From Octopus bimaculoides (lineage: Eukaryota), in contig NC_069007.1 in the NCBI RefSeq assembly GCF_001194135.2, positions 3,688,806 through 3,752,805 of the forward strand: DNA of 64,000 bases, in the 5' to 3' direction. Shown here piece after piece: positions 1-12,482 of this stretch (positions are counted from its first letter, which is position 1; each line of letters opens with the position of its first letter). The translations under genes and the position numbers were made by a program. The notes under the pieces are model-generated. The model worked only from the letters and a program-made list of their open reading frames with translations, had not been told where the DNA came from and did no database searches.

Positions 1-221
1 CGATACCCAAAACGTATTGAGGGTGATTCGTTCAACTAAAATTTCTCAATTTTATACTTATAGATTTAGTTTTACATTTTAGGTTAAGGAATAATTCATG
101 AGTTTTTTTTTTTTCTTTTTCAAATTTAAAAATGCACGTAGAAATAAAACGCTTGGCAAAATGTTTTTTGTTATTTAAAAGAGGGATTTTTGCTCTACAA
201 GATCGGATGTTTTGATTTTTA

Positions 222-712
222 GTGGACAAAACTGAGCATTTTCGACACCATTTGCCTTTTTCCATTTAATCGAGGTGTTAAGGCCGTCAAAGCTGCCCAT
301 GAGATTTGTGCTGTGTATGGAGAAGGAGCAATGCCTCAAGGTGCCGCCCACCGTTGGTCTTCGTGCTTCAAAAATGAGAACTTTGACCTCAAGGACAGCT
401 CATACACCAGTCGACCAGTAGAGTTCGATGAAGAGCGATTGAATCAACTTATTCATGAAAATCTACGTCAAATGGCCAGAGACTTGGCAGAGCCGATGGA
501 TTGTGATATAAAAATTAAAAAAACCCTGTGGTGAACCACCTTCACTCAATGGGCAAGGTGCAGAAACTCAGCGCTTGGATGCTACACACTTTGAGCGAGA
601 ACAACAAAAATCAACACCCCACAATCGCCGCCAGTTGGCTTGCTGGACATCGCTCAACACAATGGCCACAAACAGCATTTTCTTTACCGCATGGTCACTG
701 GCTGTGAAGTGT
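222..712 (+). mobile_element. Degenerate mariner (Tc1/mariner) transposase, N-terminal part
   Basis: Frameshifted reading gives EHFRHH..FNRGVKAVKAAHEICAVYGEGAM..RWSSCFKNENFDLKD...RPVEFDEERL, then GKVQKLSAWMLHTL (WVPHEL-like) and FLYRMVTGCE (IVTGDE-like). Confidence 0.9.
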
Positions 713-989
713 GCAAGAAGAGTTCATCAAAAGTTATAACAGTGTTGTTTTCTCTGATTGTATTTTGTGCTGTTCGAAGAAAAACTCGTCAAATAAAATC
801 GACACCAAATAAGGCAACGTTTCTACTGCACAGAGATTTTATTACAGAAGAGATCAGGTGTGACAGACATTTAAACAAAATATTGACAGATCAGCAAACA
901 CCATTTTTTTTATTTCTACATATCATTTTTTTAGTACAAGTTACACTGAGGATGAGATGATGATGATGACGACAATGATGATGATGGTG

Positions 990-1205
990 GTGGGGGAGGG
1001 GCTGGTTGATTACATCGACCCTGGCCCCTGAATTTTGATACAAGGCCAATTTTAGGGAAGTAGGGTTTAACTTGACTGTTACTTTATTTCATCAACCTTG
1101 ACAGGATGAAAGACAAAGTTAACCCTTGCAATGTTTGAACTTGGAATGTAAGCTTAGAAGAAATGACACTGCACACCTTTGTACAACATGTTAACAACAC
1201 TGCCA
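990..1205 (-). mobile_element. SINE family A
   Basis: ttgattacatcgaccc...ggatgaaagacaaagttaacc...tttgaact, shared with the 20953 copy. Confidence 0.75.
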
Positions 1206-1281
1206 GCTCACCACCATGATGATCGTGATGGTGATGGTGATGGTGGTGGCGGCAGCAGCAACGACGACGATGATGATGATG

Positions 1282-1783
1282 CAGTGGCTCTCATGGCTTC
1301 TGATCTTAATTGATTGGGAGTGTTATCATGTACATTGTTTTGTCTTGGTATAAAAAGATGGGCTACAGCAAATATTCCGCTCGATACCACAGATTTGACC
1401 TTAGCCACTTGAGCATGTCCCTTAATGTGCATCTCTGATCACAAGCAGAAGTATTTGGGGAGCATCAAAGTCATGTGTTGAGGGGAACTCTTTTGGCTTT
1501 GACGAATTCACCCCTGGAAAAAAACAAATCTTATTCAGGGACTTTTCAAGCAAGATGGGCTATTTGAACTGAAGAAAATTCTAACTGGGCCCCACCTGCT
1601 GCAAGGTCCTGCACTATTAATCTTGATATGAGATCACCATGTCATGCACATATGGTTGTGATGTATGTGCCTGGTGTACCCTTATCAGACGGGTAGTCAT
1701 GAGGGGTATACTGGGCTTCGTATATTTTACCCCAGTGTCACTTTGATGGCATGCACTGCTCTCTCACATAATAATAATAATAA
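1282..1783 (+). mobile_element. About 500-bp interspersed repeat with (TAA)n tail, probable non-LTR/SINE
   Basis: Starts gcagtggctctcatggcttctgatctt and ends gtcactttgatggcatgcactgctctctcac+(ata/taa)n. Recognised from memory as a common Octopus repeat; single copy in this window. Confidence 0.6.
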
Positions 1784-2042
1784 ATGCTGGGGACAGCTTG
1801 GATTTTGAGATTGGTACTTGGATGTTGAATGCCCCCGATGATAATTAACAACCAAGTATCAAAGCTTGTAATGTGCGGAAATAGACCTTGTGGGATTTCT
1901 GACAGTAGGCTGCTGTCTTCTCTCGCAGAATATACCAGAGCAAACAAGACCAAGCATTCTGAGAAGTAAAACAAGAATAATTCTTCAGAAAACAAGTTAG
2001 GTATCTAGGTGTGTGTGCATGAATATAAATATGTATGTATGC

Positions 2043-2094
<52 letters not shown>

Positions 2095-2892
2095 GAAATT
2101 ATGAAGTAAATGAAAAATTAAGGAGTCCAGGTCAATGCAAAATACCTGAGAGAAGTAGAAAGAATACAGTGATTTGAATGCAAATTACAGGGGTTCGATG
2201 TTTATATTTGTGTATATGATTTGGAAATAAGTGAATAATTTAGATGATAATAGTGGAGGGCATGAAATAAGAGGGGGAAAAATGGAACAAAAGTAATTTA
2301 GGATTAAAAGGACTTTCTATATATCTATACACACACACATATGAATATATAGTTTTGTACAGAGTTTGTGTTAAATTTAAAATATAACATTACAAAAGAA
2401 AAATGGTGAATGAAATACAGGTAGTCTCTCTCCCTTTTTTGTTATTGCACCACAGGAACCTTAGAGCTGGTTATCTTCTTTTCCATGGTGTATACGTGAC
2501 CAAGATCACACCCCACTCTAAATGAGAAGTCAATCTGTTGCTCGGTTCGAGGCCAACAATTCTGAAGGGAGGGGATCTTGTCATAACGTTGAGTTCTACA
2601 CTGCAAAATGTACTTTTCCCATTGATTTCCATGGAACAGAAATCAATTGGAAGATAGGGTTGCAGCTTTCAAAACACAAATCCACACTGCAGCACAACAC
2701 TTCCATAAATAATGCAGACTATTAACACCCAAGACGTTTCTGATTCAACAGACCAATTTAACTATTATATTTCATGAAGATAATGTCTATAAATAATTTC
2801 ATTTCATCAATTAATATCTACCAAATTGTAAATATTTTAAATTTTAATTGTCGCAGCATGGACAGTAAAAGTCTTATATTACTTTGTACTAT

Positions 2893-3078
2893 AAGCACAA
2901 GGCCTGAAGTTTTGTGGATTACAGCAACCCTCAATGTATACTGGTACATATTTTGTCAACCCTGAAAGGAAGGAGGGCAAAATCAATTTTGGAAGCATTT
3001 GAATTCGCAAAGCAAAAAGCTGAAAGAAATGCTGCTAAGTTTTTGTCATTCCTGCACGCTAAGGATTTTGCCATCTTC
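2893..3078 (-). mobile_element. SINE family A, diverged
   Basis: cacaaggcc...actggtacatattttgtcaaccctgaaagga...aaatgctgctaag. Confidence 0.65.
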
Positions 3079-3704
3079 CCACCGACTTAAGCAAAAGTCT
3101 AATAACACTTTTTTGGATAAGGTTCTACATATTAAATTTGAAGCATTTCTGGATTTGTCTCTCCCTTTATTTGCAAGAAAAATTAGAAGTTAATATTAAT
3201 TATTGATAAGGTGGCAAGTTGGCAGAATCATTTAGTATGCTAGACAAAATGCTTAGTTCTGCCAACGCTGACTTTGCCCTTCGCTTTTTGGGAGCCAATA
3301 AAATAAAGGAGCAGAATTGAACCAGCGTATGTGTTAATAATAATATTGGCATAATGACTCTCCATAGACACAACAAAATTTGTTTCAACACATCCAGATG
3401 CAAAAAGAATGTGCAGTCTCATTTTCCATTTTTATATACTCAGCACTTTTTTTTTTTTTGTCTAATTTCCCTTATCTTTTTGTCCTTAACCCTTTAACTG
3501 TGAAATTAGGCTCCAGTAATGATGTTAAATATCTACCAAAACAATTAAATTGGTATTTTCTGCAAGACACGTTGCCTCTATAAACTTAACATATCATCAT
3601 CAGAAAATAGGTTCCAACTTGACATTCCTCAACAAAATAATGACTGGTATACACCAAATGCTTCCTGCAATTAAGGAATAATGAAATTTTGAGTGGATAT
3701 GTCT

Positions 3705-3705
3705 G

Positions 3706-3751
<46 letters not shown>

Positions 3752-3939
3752 TAGATAGATATACATATAAATCTATATGTATACATATACATATATACAC
3801 ATACATATATGTACATATACATATATACATAGAGAGAAAGAGAGACATATATATATACATACATATATATACATATACATATATACACATAAATATATAC
3901 ATATACATATATCTATACATACACAGATATACATATATG

Positions 3940-3994
<55 letters not shown>

Positions 3995-4020
3995 ATAGAC
4001 ATATACACATACACACTTGC
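3705..4020. repeat. Compound (TA)n/(TACA)n/(CA)n microsatellite, representative of dozens in the window
   Basis: Direct inspection. Similar tracts at about 2045, 10515, 17460, 26380-26720, 43890 and 49130-49415. Confidence 0.95.
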
Positions 4021-5554
4021 ATGTGTACATGTTTTGTGTATTGTTTAGTTTGATTTAACCAGCTTGTGCAAGATCATGCTCCAGCATGAGCTTTTGTGTG
4101 GGTGTGAGTGTGTGTGTATAGATACTGTCTTCACTTTCTTTTTAAATATAATTTCTTCCAGTCAAGTTAGGAAGGGTTTTTTTTTTTGCAGCAGGATGCA
4201 GTAGAGAGAAGATGATGATGTTGGTGATGATAATGACAACAGTGGTGGTGGTGGTGGTGGTGGTAATGATGGTGACATATGTAGTAGCCACTACTAATAC
4301 TACTACTACTATTACAACTACTACAGGTGATGCAGACAGCGAGCATGAGATCAGTGACGCATCTAAATAGAAAAAAAAAAAAGAAACACAAAATGGAAGA
4401 TCAAAGAGTGTGGAATGTGTCACATGTCACAAACAATAAACATTCATAATTTAAACAAGACATGACATAAAAAACAAGTGACCACACAAGAAAAAATATA
4501 TACTTAAGTAATGGTAGAATTAATACAAGTATATTTGTTTCAACAAAAACAATTCCACCGAGCAAAAAAAAGCAAAGGCCAAAATAACAGTCAATTTTAC
4601 ATGGAATGTGTACATTATGTGTATACATAAGCATGTACACATACTCAACAAAATGGGAATAATATATACACGAAAAATAATACATATATATACATATATA
4701 TATATATAATGTAATGTATATACACATATATACATATTTATCCCCACTTGAACATAGATGTTCTGTTGGAACAAATTATACTGCCTTAGGTACCGTGAGA
4801 GAAATTCTCATCCTGGTTTTGGTGTAGTAAGTTTCTCTCGTGGTAACCACTGCTGTATAGTTTGTTCAAACAGAACATCCATGGTTTAAGTGGAGGTAAA
4901 TATAGCCTGTTGGAATTAATACTGCTTCTGTTGTTAATAAATAAATATACATATAAGTAAGATTCAGTTGAATTAAGGTAGTTAAATTGAGGCACCTAGT
5001 TAGGTCGGGATAATATACACACACAACAATATTATGTAAATATCAAACTTGGGATATAATGATATTCTTGTAGTATGTAGACAGTTAGACCCAGCTGAGT
5101 GAAGAAATCCACTATTGAGCTATTCAGACATGTACAATATATCAAATATATACAGTCCATAATATTTTGAAGTTTGTGAATTCAGCTGAAGAAAATCGTT
5201 TCGTTACAATGATGTAATGTTTTCATTAATCAGTTAAAGGAGTCGTTAGAAACAGCTTTAATGGATTGACACTTGTACCTCTACTGTCACTCATTTATAA
5301 TTTATTCATATATATATATATATATATTTATTTACTATACACAACTCAGTCGAGGGGTCTTGTATTATTTGGTAACCTTACTGGTGCTGCAACAAAAAAA
5401 CAAAAAAAAAAAAAAATCACCCAGTACACTCTGTAAAGTGGTTGTCATTAAGGTCATCCAGCTGTAGAAATCATGCCAAAGCAGACATAGGAGCTTGGTG
5501 CAGCCTTCTTATGTACATACATATATATATATGTGTATACATATCTGTATATAC

Positions 5555-5588
<34 letters not shown>

Positions 5589-7283
5589 GCTACAAAAGGA
5601 GAGGCATCCCATACAGCATCAATTGTTATTTATCACCCAAGATAAATACCCATCTTCCCCCTTTTCTGAATCTAGAACTGAAAAATAGAGAGTTGATGCT
5701 TGAAGATCTTGATGAGAATTGGGGCAGTGAGGTAAAACCCTTTCCTCAAGATTTTTCAAATATCTTCACCACAGTACCATAGGGCAAGAAAAAAAAAAGG
5801 TGATCTTTATGGGAGACTTGAAAACACAACCAAATTTATTTCCATGAAAATATTTTAAATAATTCAAAAGTCAATCAATACCAAACACTTATTACGTGGA
5901 GATCGTTTTTGTTCTCCACAAATATTGGATGTTCCTTTACCCCAAACAGATAATCCCCCTCCCTACACTAGTCCCATAATCCCAGCCTTATAAATATACT
6001 CAAAGATGCAATAAGCTCATACCCACCGCTAACACTGTTTGGAATACAAAGGTTGGTACTTTATTGGCAAAAGCTTACAATTTTAGGCCAAACTTGACTC
6101 TGGGCCACATCTCAGTCAAAGCTAGGCTGGGGAAGAACATTTCTAGCAAAAGACAGTTACACTTGTTCACCATTCAGACATCTTTGCAAATCCTTACCCC
6201 TTTCAAAATTGGGGTTTGTGGTGGATGGGATTTCTGACCAAGTGAAGCTAGTTTCATGCATAAAAAGCAAAAGAGCAGACATTCTCTCTCATCTGGTTAA
6301 GTATTTCCTGCTATTCATTTATTAATTTCGTCCCACCTTTCAGAGGCAGCTTCCTCTCAGTCCAGTCTGAGCAACATCATAAGATCAGCTGCAAGTTGCC
6401 TCAGCAAATTTGAGAAGCTTTCACTCCACCACCCATCAGTTACTTGTCTAAAAAAATCCTCACAACCCCTTTCCCCCCACAAATGAACAATATGTTCCCA
6501 GATGTCTAAATAAATTAAGCCATTTGGCCTTCTTAAATCAAATCAGAAACAGCTACTGGCCTCACAGTATTTCTGTAACTGCTATTAATGTCTAGGTTTA
6601 CTGACCAACCACCAGGTCCACAAATATATATCTTTACCTCCACATTCAAACCTTTCCATAACATAATATTGTCTCTTTGTTAGACATGGTGTAAACTTTA
6701 TATCAAAGAAGTGCAAGTGCACACAGCTTTGATGGACGTGTGTGCATCTGGTATCATTTAACACGTGTTCTCGGTTCCAAACCAACCCAAAAACATAGGA
6801 ATTCATGAACTCCACTTACAACATTGCTGTAGATAAAAATAGGGGAAGACCACTTACCTCACGGCTTATTTCCATTAGGGCTCCCTTCTAGCATTCAGAC
6901 AGATAGGGTCTTTTTATGTGGGCTCCCAAATCAGTCAAGAATTTTTTCTAGCAATTTCATACGCACCTGTGTTTGGTAGTTTTTAGGAAGAATGATTCCA
7001 TTCTCATATTTTCTATTTCTACTTCAATTATAAATTTTTTTTTCCTATTTCTACCAACTCCACCTTCTCTCAAACAACAGCAAAGATAAAAAGCATTTGC
7101 TGTAGGGGCTCCTGCTGTTCTCCCTATTTAGTTGGTACCCATCCACCCATAATATTCTCCAACATCTACCTACATCCTGGTTCTTGAAGCTCAGATGTTT
7201 TCATCCCCTATATCTGATCCCTGTCATTGATAACAAAGCAGAGGAGGGCAAGAGTATGTCCATGTACTATTTATGCTGTAGTA

Positions 7284-7668
7284 AGGTGCACAGCTCAGTG
7301 GTTAGAGTGTCAGCTTACTATCGTGAGGTTGTGAGTTCAATTCCTGACCCGGGTTGTGTGTTGTGTTCTTGAGCAAGACACTTTATTTCACGTTGCTGCA
7401 GTTCACTCAGCTGTAGAAAAGAACTGCAATGTCACTGGTGCCAAGCTGTATCGGCCCCTTCGCCTTTCTTTGAACAACATTGGTGGCGTGGAAAGGGGAG
7501 ACTGGTATGCATGGGCGATTACAGAGGGTACAAGTGTACTAGGTGTAATCCCACGGTCATTTCATGACCGAAGGGAGTTTTTACCCTTTACCTTTGGGGT
7601 GGAGAACACTCCTCAAAGTTATAACATTTGCCTGTGCTCTGCTCCCTCACAGGAGGAGACTGCCTTTA
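7284..7668 (+). mobile_element. tRNA-derived SINE, family C, near full length
   Basis: Head GGTGCACAGCTCAGTGGTTAGAG (A box) and GAGTTCAATTCC (B box), followed by a non-tRNA body gttcttgagcaagacactttatttcac. Other copies at 29598 and 53755. Confidence 0.85.
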
Positions 7669-7671
7669 AGG

Positions 7672-8240
7672 GAATATATAATCAAGGAGGTTGCAGTGTG
7701 GGGAGTTAGGTGGCCAGATGTTAGGGGTGATGTGGTTGCAGAAATTGTCTGACAGCCATGACTGGATTCTCCTGCTTGTGTGGCATGGTGCAGAGTCCTG
7801 TTGCCAGAGATAGGGTCTTCCAGCAGCCACCCTCTTGACTCAGGGCAGCACTACCTCCTCCAGGCACTTGATGTAGGCCTCCATTTTGAGTTTGAGGCCG
7901 CGTGGGAAGATGAATGGAGGCATAATGTTGCCATCACTAGTGATCACTCCAGATACCATGATGTTGACTGGATGTTTGATTTTTATCACTCTCAGTACAT
8001 GTCCTCAAACTGACACCCAAACACACTGAAATGTTTGTATTGGAGCTTCCAGTGCAAATGCCAAGCAATACAGCATGTCGCTTCCAAATTCCTGACAGAG
8101 TGAAGTGAATCATGGTGCTGTTTTTCTCACAGACCATGCCCAACTGACCCTACTATACAGTGTAGTCAACAAAATCAAAAACAAATGCGCATACACAAAA
8201 TTAAAAATATAAAATGACAACAATTTACCCATCAACCCTG
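7672..8240 (-). mobile_element. Internally deleted maT-type (DD37D) Tc1/mariner element
   Basis: The minus-strand 5' end reads TA-CAGGGTTGATGGGTAAATTG. The N-terminus MIHFTLSGIWKRHAVLLGI is fused to IKHPVNIMVSGVITSDG...LP*VKR...WQQDSAPCH...WPPNSPHCNLLDY. Exactly 37 codons separate the QQD Asp (7795-7797) and the LLDY Asp (7681-7683). Confidence 0.9.
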
Positions 8241-9165
8241 TATATATATATNNNNNNNNNNNNCAATTGCCTCAGGTCAGACAACGCTTTGTGTGTGAAT
8301 ATATAAAACGGAATTTATATCAAGGCTCTTATATGTGTGTACATGCACAAGAAATGCATGAACAAGATCTACCCGATGTCCATGGATATTATGGACTGTA
8401 CAGTAATCATCCCGGGAATATGGACTAAGATCTCAATAAACAGGATTTGCAAAAACGTGCATAGCAATGCATTAAAATATTTATAAATTTGATCCATGGA
8501 TTATTATTCCATATACACATGTATACAAACATGCACACACACACACTCACACACCATTATCATCATCATCATTTTTTAAGAGTCCTTCTTCCATGCTGGT
8601 TTAATTTAACAGAAACCAATTTAGTCCCAAGGACAGCATCTTGCTTTAATATCTGCTTTGGTATGATGGCTGATATGTTTGGATGTCCTTCCTCTACAAA
8701 ATTATATGTGCATGAGTATGCACCGTAATTTTCATGCTTTGCTTGTTACCATTTGAGTAGTACTGACATTACAACCAGTCACTTCGAAAACCCCTTGTCA
8801 AAGAAAAAAAAAGAAAGAAAAACAGGTGATGGTTGGTGACAGAAACAGCATCCAACCATAAAATTCTGCCTCAAAATCAATTCCTGTTCAAATAATACTA
8901 ATGTGGGGAAAAAAAAAAAGAAAAAAAGAGTTCAACAAATGCATGTATGTGCGTGCATGCATGTAGACGCACACACAATGACGGTGTGCTCCAGCAATTT
9001 GCAATTTGTGTTTATGTCAATCACCTCACTCCATCCTATATTAACATGGGTAATGAAACACAAATGTAATAATGCATGTATGTGCAAATACTTGCACACA
9101 CACAGACTTTGATAAAAAATAAATATACATAATACAGGCACATGTATACACACACACACTCTCTG

Positions 9166-9200
<35 letters not shown>

Positions 9201-10375
9201 TGAAGCAAGTTAGCAGTGCAAAATAAAATAAAAATTGTAAGTATACGTAACACGATTTTTATGCTTAAAGTTTGATAGTTTGTTGTTTGGGATGAGAAAT
9301 TTTCCTGTATTCACACCCAATACCATCTGAGAAAAGGACACGTTGGACATTATATATGTACATTGTGCCAAGTGTGTATGGGGTTCAAAACAGGCCCACT
9401 CTACCACAGTTCTGGACTCCATCCCACAATTTTAGGGAAGTTTCATATATACACATGTATGTATACACACACACATAGATACATACATACAGTAGAATGT
9501 TATATTTACAGAAGAGGTGGCTTAGTGTCCCATGTACAGCCTTTGCCATTTTTACCAAAAGGGTTATTTGAATCCAATATTCTATTTGCAAATGCTCATA
9601 GCTTTATCTACTTCAAGTTCCATCATTAAAAACAAATCTCTCAAACTTTCTAAATTCTTATCATGTAAATCACACACACAATGTTTAACCATGTGCTCTA
9701 CACCACAGCATATTGAGGATGCCTCTCATTCATCTCTAATATAATTCAATGTTCCTATATGTGTATGATGTGTATGTGTACGCACATGTGTGTATATATA
9801 CACAAGCACACATACACATTGCTACACAACACATATACAAGATTTTGTCTGATTGACCCTAAACATATAAAAGGTAAGGTCCACACGGGAAGGGTTTAAA
9901 TTCTGGTCTGAGAAGTAGAAAGCTAAGGCAAGAACTACAGGGAGCTCTACTATCTTACATTTCCTCTCCACATTATGTAAACTAATATATATATATATAT
10001 ATATACACATATATATACAAAGAAACTAATGGATCCTACAATGCTTAGTGATGGCAGCCTGGGCAATGAGTATGTATAAAATTCGATACAGAGGTAAGAG
10101 GTGGCACCAATAATTTGCACCCGGTTCAGCCTGTAAAATGGTCAGCGATACGAAGGGAGCTTAGTTGTCAAAATCATGCACAAAATAATAGAATTAAATT
10201 AAATTAAAACACACACGGCAAAAATTTTGATTTGTTTAGGTGCAGAAGACGATGAAAAACAAGCAGAAGCAGTATTTAAGTGTAGAGGGAGAAAGACTGA
10301 TAAATAACAATGTCTGTATGTATGAGTGTATATATATGTATATGTATGTGTATATATGTATATGTGTGTGTGTGT

Positions 10376-10527
10376 CAAACAAATTGACCCCAGGACTTAT
10401 TCTTTGTAAGCCTAGTACTTATTCTATCGCTCCCTTTTGCCAAATCGTTAAGTTATGGGGACGTAAACACACCAACTTCAGTTGTCAAACGATGGTGGGG
10501 TGACAAACACACAAATGTGTGTGTGTG

Positions 10528-10590
<63 letters not shown>

Positions 10591-10748
10591 NNNNNNNNNN
10601 GTTTCCGTCTACCAAATCCACTCACAAGGCTTTGGCCGGCCTGAGGCTATAGTAGAAGACATTTGCCCAAGGTGCCACACAGTGGGACTGAACCCGGAAC
10701 CATGTGGTTGGGAAGCAAGCTTCTTACCACACAGCCACTCCTGCACCT
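10376..10748 (-). mobile_element. tRNA-type SINE, family B, with internal microsatellite
   Basis: On the minus strand: gtggtaagaagcttgcttcccaaccacatggttccgggttcagtcccactgtgtggcaccttgggcaa...ccttgtgagtggatttggtagacggaaac...aataagtcctggggtc. Confidence 0.88.
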
Positions 10749-11795
10749 ACATATATATATACGAGTGTGCGTGTATGTGTATGTGCATATATATACGGTT
10801 ATATAAATATATATATTTTTGTGTGTGTGTGTATGTATATAATATATATAAACATATATATATATATATATATATTAGACAGATAGATAGATTAAGATCA
10901 AGATAAATAGGCAGATATACAGAGTGAGAGGGAATGTTATGTAATTGAAAGGTTTCGAACTGAGATTTTTCTGGTGATGACTGGGCAATGTTTTACTCCC
11001 CAGCTTACATCATTCGACCACTTCACCCAGCTATTCATCCATCCATCTATCCATCCTCCTCCTCCTCTTCTCTCTCTCAAGAATAGCATGCTGTTAGTCA
11101 ATTCCCGTTTGCATTTATGGTTCAACAGTTAACAAAATCAACAACAATAACCAACAAAAGAGCAAGACTATCGAAAATTCCTTCAAGTCTTACAAACAAT
11201 ATTAATGCTATGTAAATGATAAAATAACAACAGAGACAAATTGCTGTAACTTGACCAGTTCAAAAAAAAAAAAAACAACAAAAGGAATTTTTTTTCTTTT
11301 TTCATAATTTGAAAGAACCAAAACAGAGTCACCAAAATTCTTCTTAAAGTTATTTCATCATTTTTTNNNNNNNNNNNNNNNNNNNNNNNNNNNNNNNNNN
11401 NNNNNNNNNNNNNNNNNNNNNNNNNNNNNNNNNNNNNNNNNNNNNNNNNNNNNNNNNNNNNNNNNNNNNNNNNNNNNNNNNNNNNNNNNNNNNNNNNNNN
11501 NNNNNNNNNNNNNNNNNNNNNNNNNNNNNNNNNNNNNNNNNNNNNNNNNNNNNNNNNNNNNNNNNNNNNNNNNNNNNNNNNNNNNNNNNNNNNNNNNNNN
11601 NNNNNNNNNNNNNNNNNNNNNNNNNNNNNNNNNNNNNNNNNNNNNNNNNNNNNNNNNNNNNNNNNNNNNNNNNNNNNNNNNNNNNNNNNNNNNNNNNNNN
11701 NNNNNNNNNNNNNNNNNNNNNNNNNNNNNNNNNNNNNNNNNNNNNNNNNNNNNNNNNNNNNNNNTTTTTTTTTTTTTTTTTTCGAGCCAGATGCC

Positions 11796-12290
11796 TCAGA
11801 AAGCCTCGTATGCACTTACAATTTGTGACGCCTTGCTTTTATTCATGACGGGGGAAGATGATGTTAAATGGCTATGTGAGAGGGCTCCTTCTACAGTCAC
11901 GTCAGAGTCTGATTTTTGTAAAATAGTGCGTATCGGTCCGGTAGATGTTTTGGCCATGAGCCTCTGGACTTTGTGGCCGTGTTTGACCAAAAGTGTTGGA
12001 CTGCTATAGGAGCGGCGAGGAGGAGCAGTTGCCAGTGGTTTTCGATAGGTTGTGGCCTTAATAGACAACGGTATAGTAGGAGGTGGTGGCAATTGTGTTT
12101 TCAGTTGTGAAGTGGTGTGTACCGAGTACAATGGGTTTGCTGTAGCTGTCACCGGAGGAAGAGTAGGAAGAGGGCGTTGAGGTTGCTGCTCACTAGTGCT
12201 AGGAAGGTCAGTAACATACATGTGGTGGATGTTACCTCCGCCACCACTGCTGCAGGGCAACGTCTCCTTGGCAACTGCCGCCATAGTGCC
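11796..12290 (-). CDS. boll: boule probable terminal coding exon (GTMAAVAK...VSAYEAF*, 164 aa, Pro/Ser/Thr-rich)
   Basis: Acceptor gcattgtttcag in phase 0, matching the upstream donor. 495 nt open to TGA, GC-richer than its surroundings and not repetitive. Linkage to boule is inferred from strand, phase and position. Confidence 0.78.
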   Translation of the reverse strand, partial: GTMAAVAKETLPCSSGGGGNIHHMYVTDLPSTSEQQPQRPLPTLPPVTATANPLYSVHTTSQLKTQLPPPPTIPLSIKATTYRKPLATAPPRRSYSSPTLLVKHGHKVQRLMAKTSTGPIRTILQKSDSDVTVEGALSHSHLTSSSPVMNKSKASQIVSAYEAF

Positions 12291-12424
12291 CTGAAACAAT
12301 GCACATTCCTAGTCAAAGCAGACAAACAAAACAAGCATGCTCGCAGTAAACAAAGCAAGACTCAAATCTACCATATACATATATATATAGTATTTTATGT
12401 ATGTATATATATACAGCTATACAT

Positions 12425-12481
<57 letters not shown>
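12425..12481. repeat. (AAT)n microsatellite, representative
   Basis: Direct inspection. Others at about 13980, 14685, 34152 and 54888. Confidence 0.95.

Positions 12482-12482
<1 letters not shown>

Noticed and set aside
3586-4030. YIYI, CVCV, THTH and ERER ORFs (also near 4401, 5495, 10517, 19062, 43779 and 48948)
   Set aside because: Translations of dinucleotide microsatellites, open in several frames on both strands.
5800-6480. Possible LINE endonuclease relic (VIFMGDL at about 5800-5820)
   Set aside because: Only one short GD-type motif; the surrounding frames are too decayed to support a call without a profile search.
7284-7350. tRNA gene call for SINE heads (also 58570 and family B heads)
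   Set aside because: A and B boxes are present, but there is no complete cloverleaf, and each runs into a repeated non-tRNA body, so these are SINEs.
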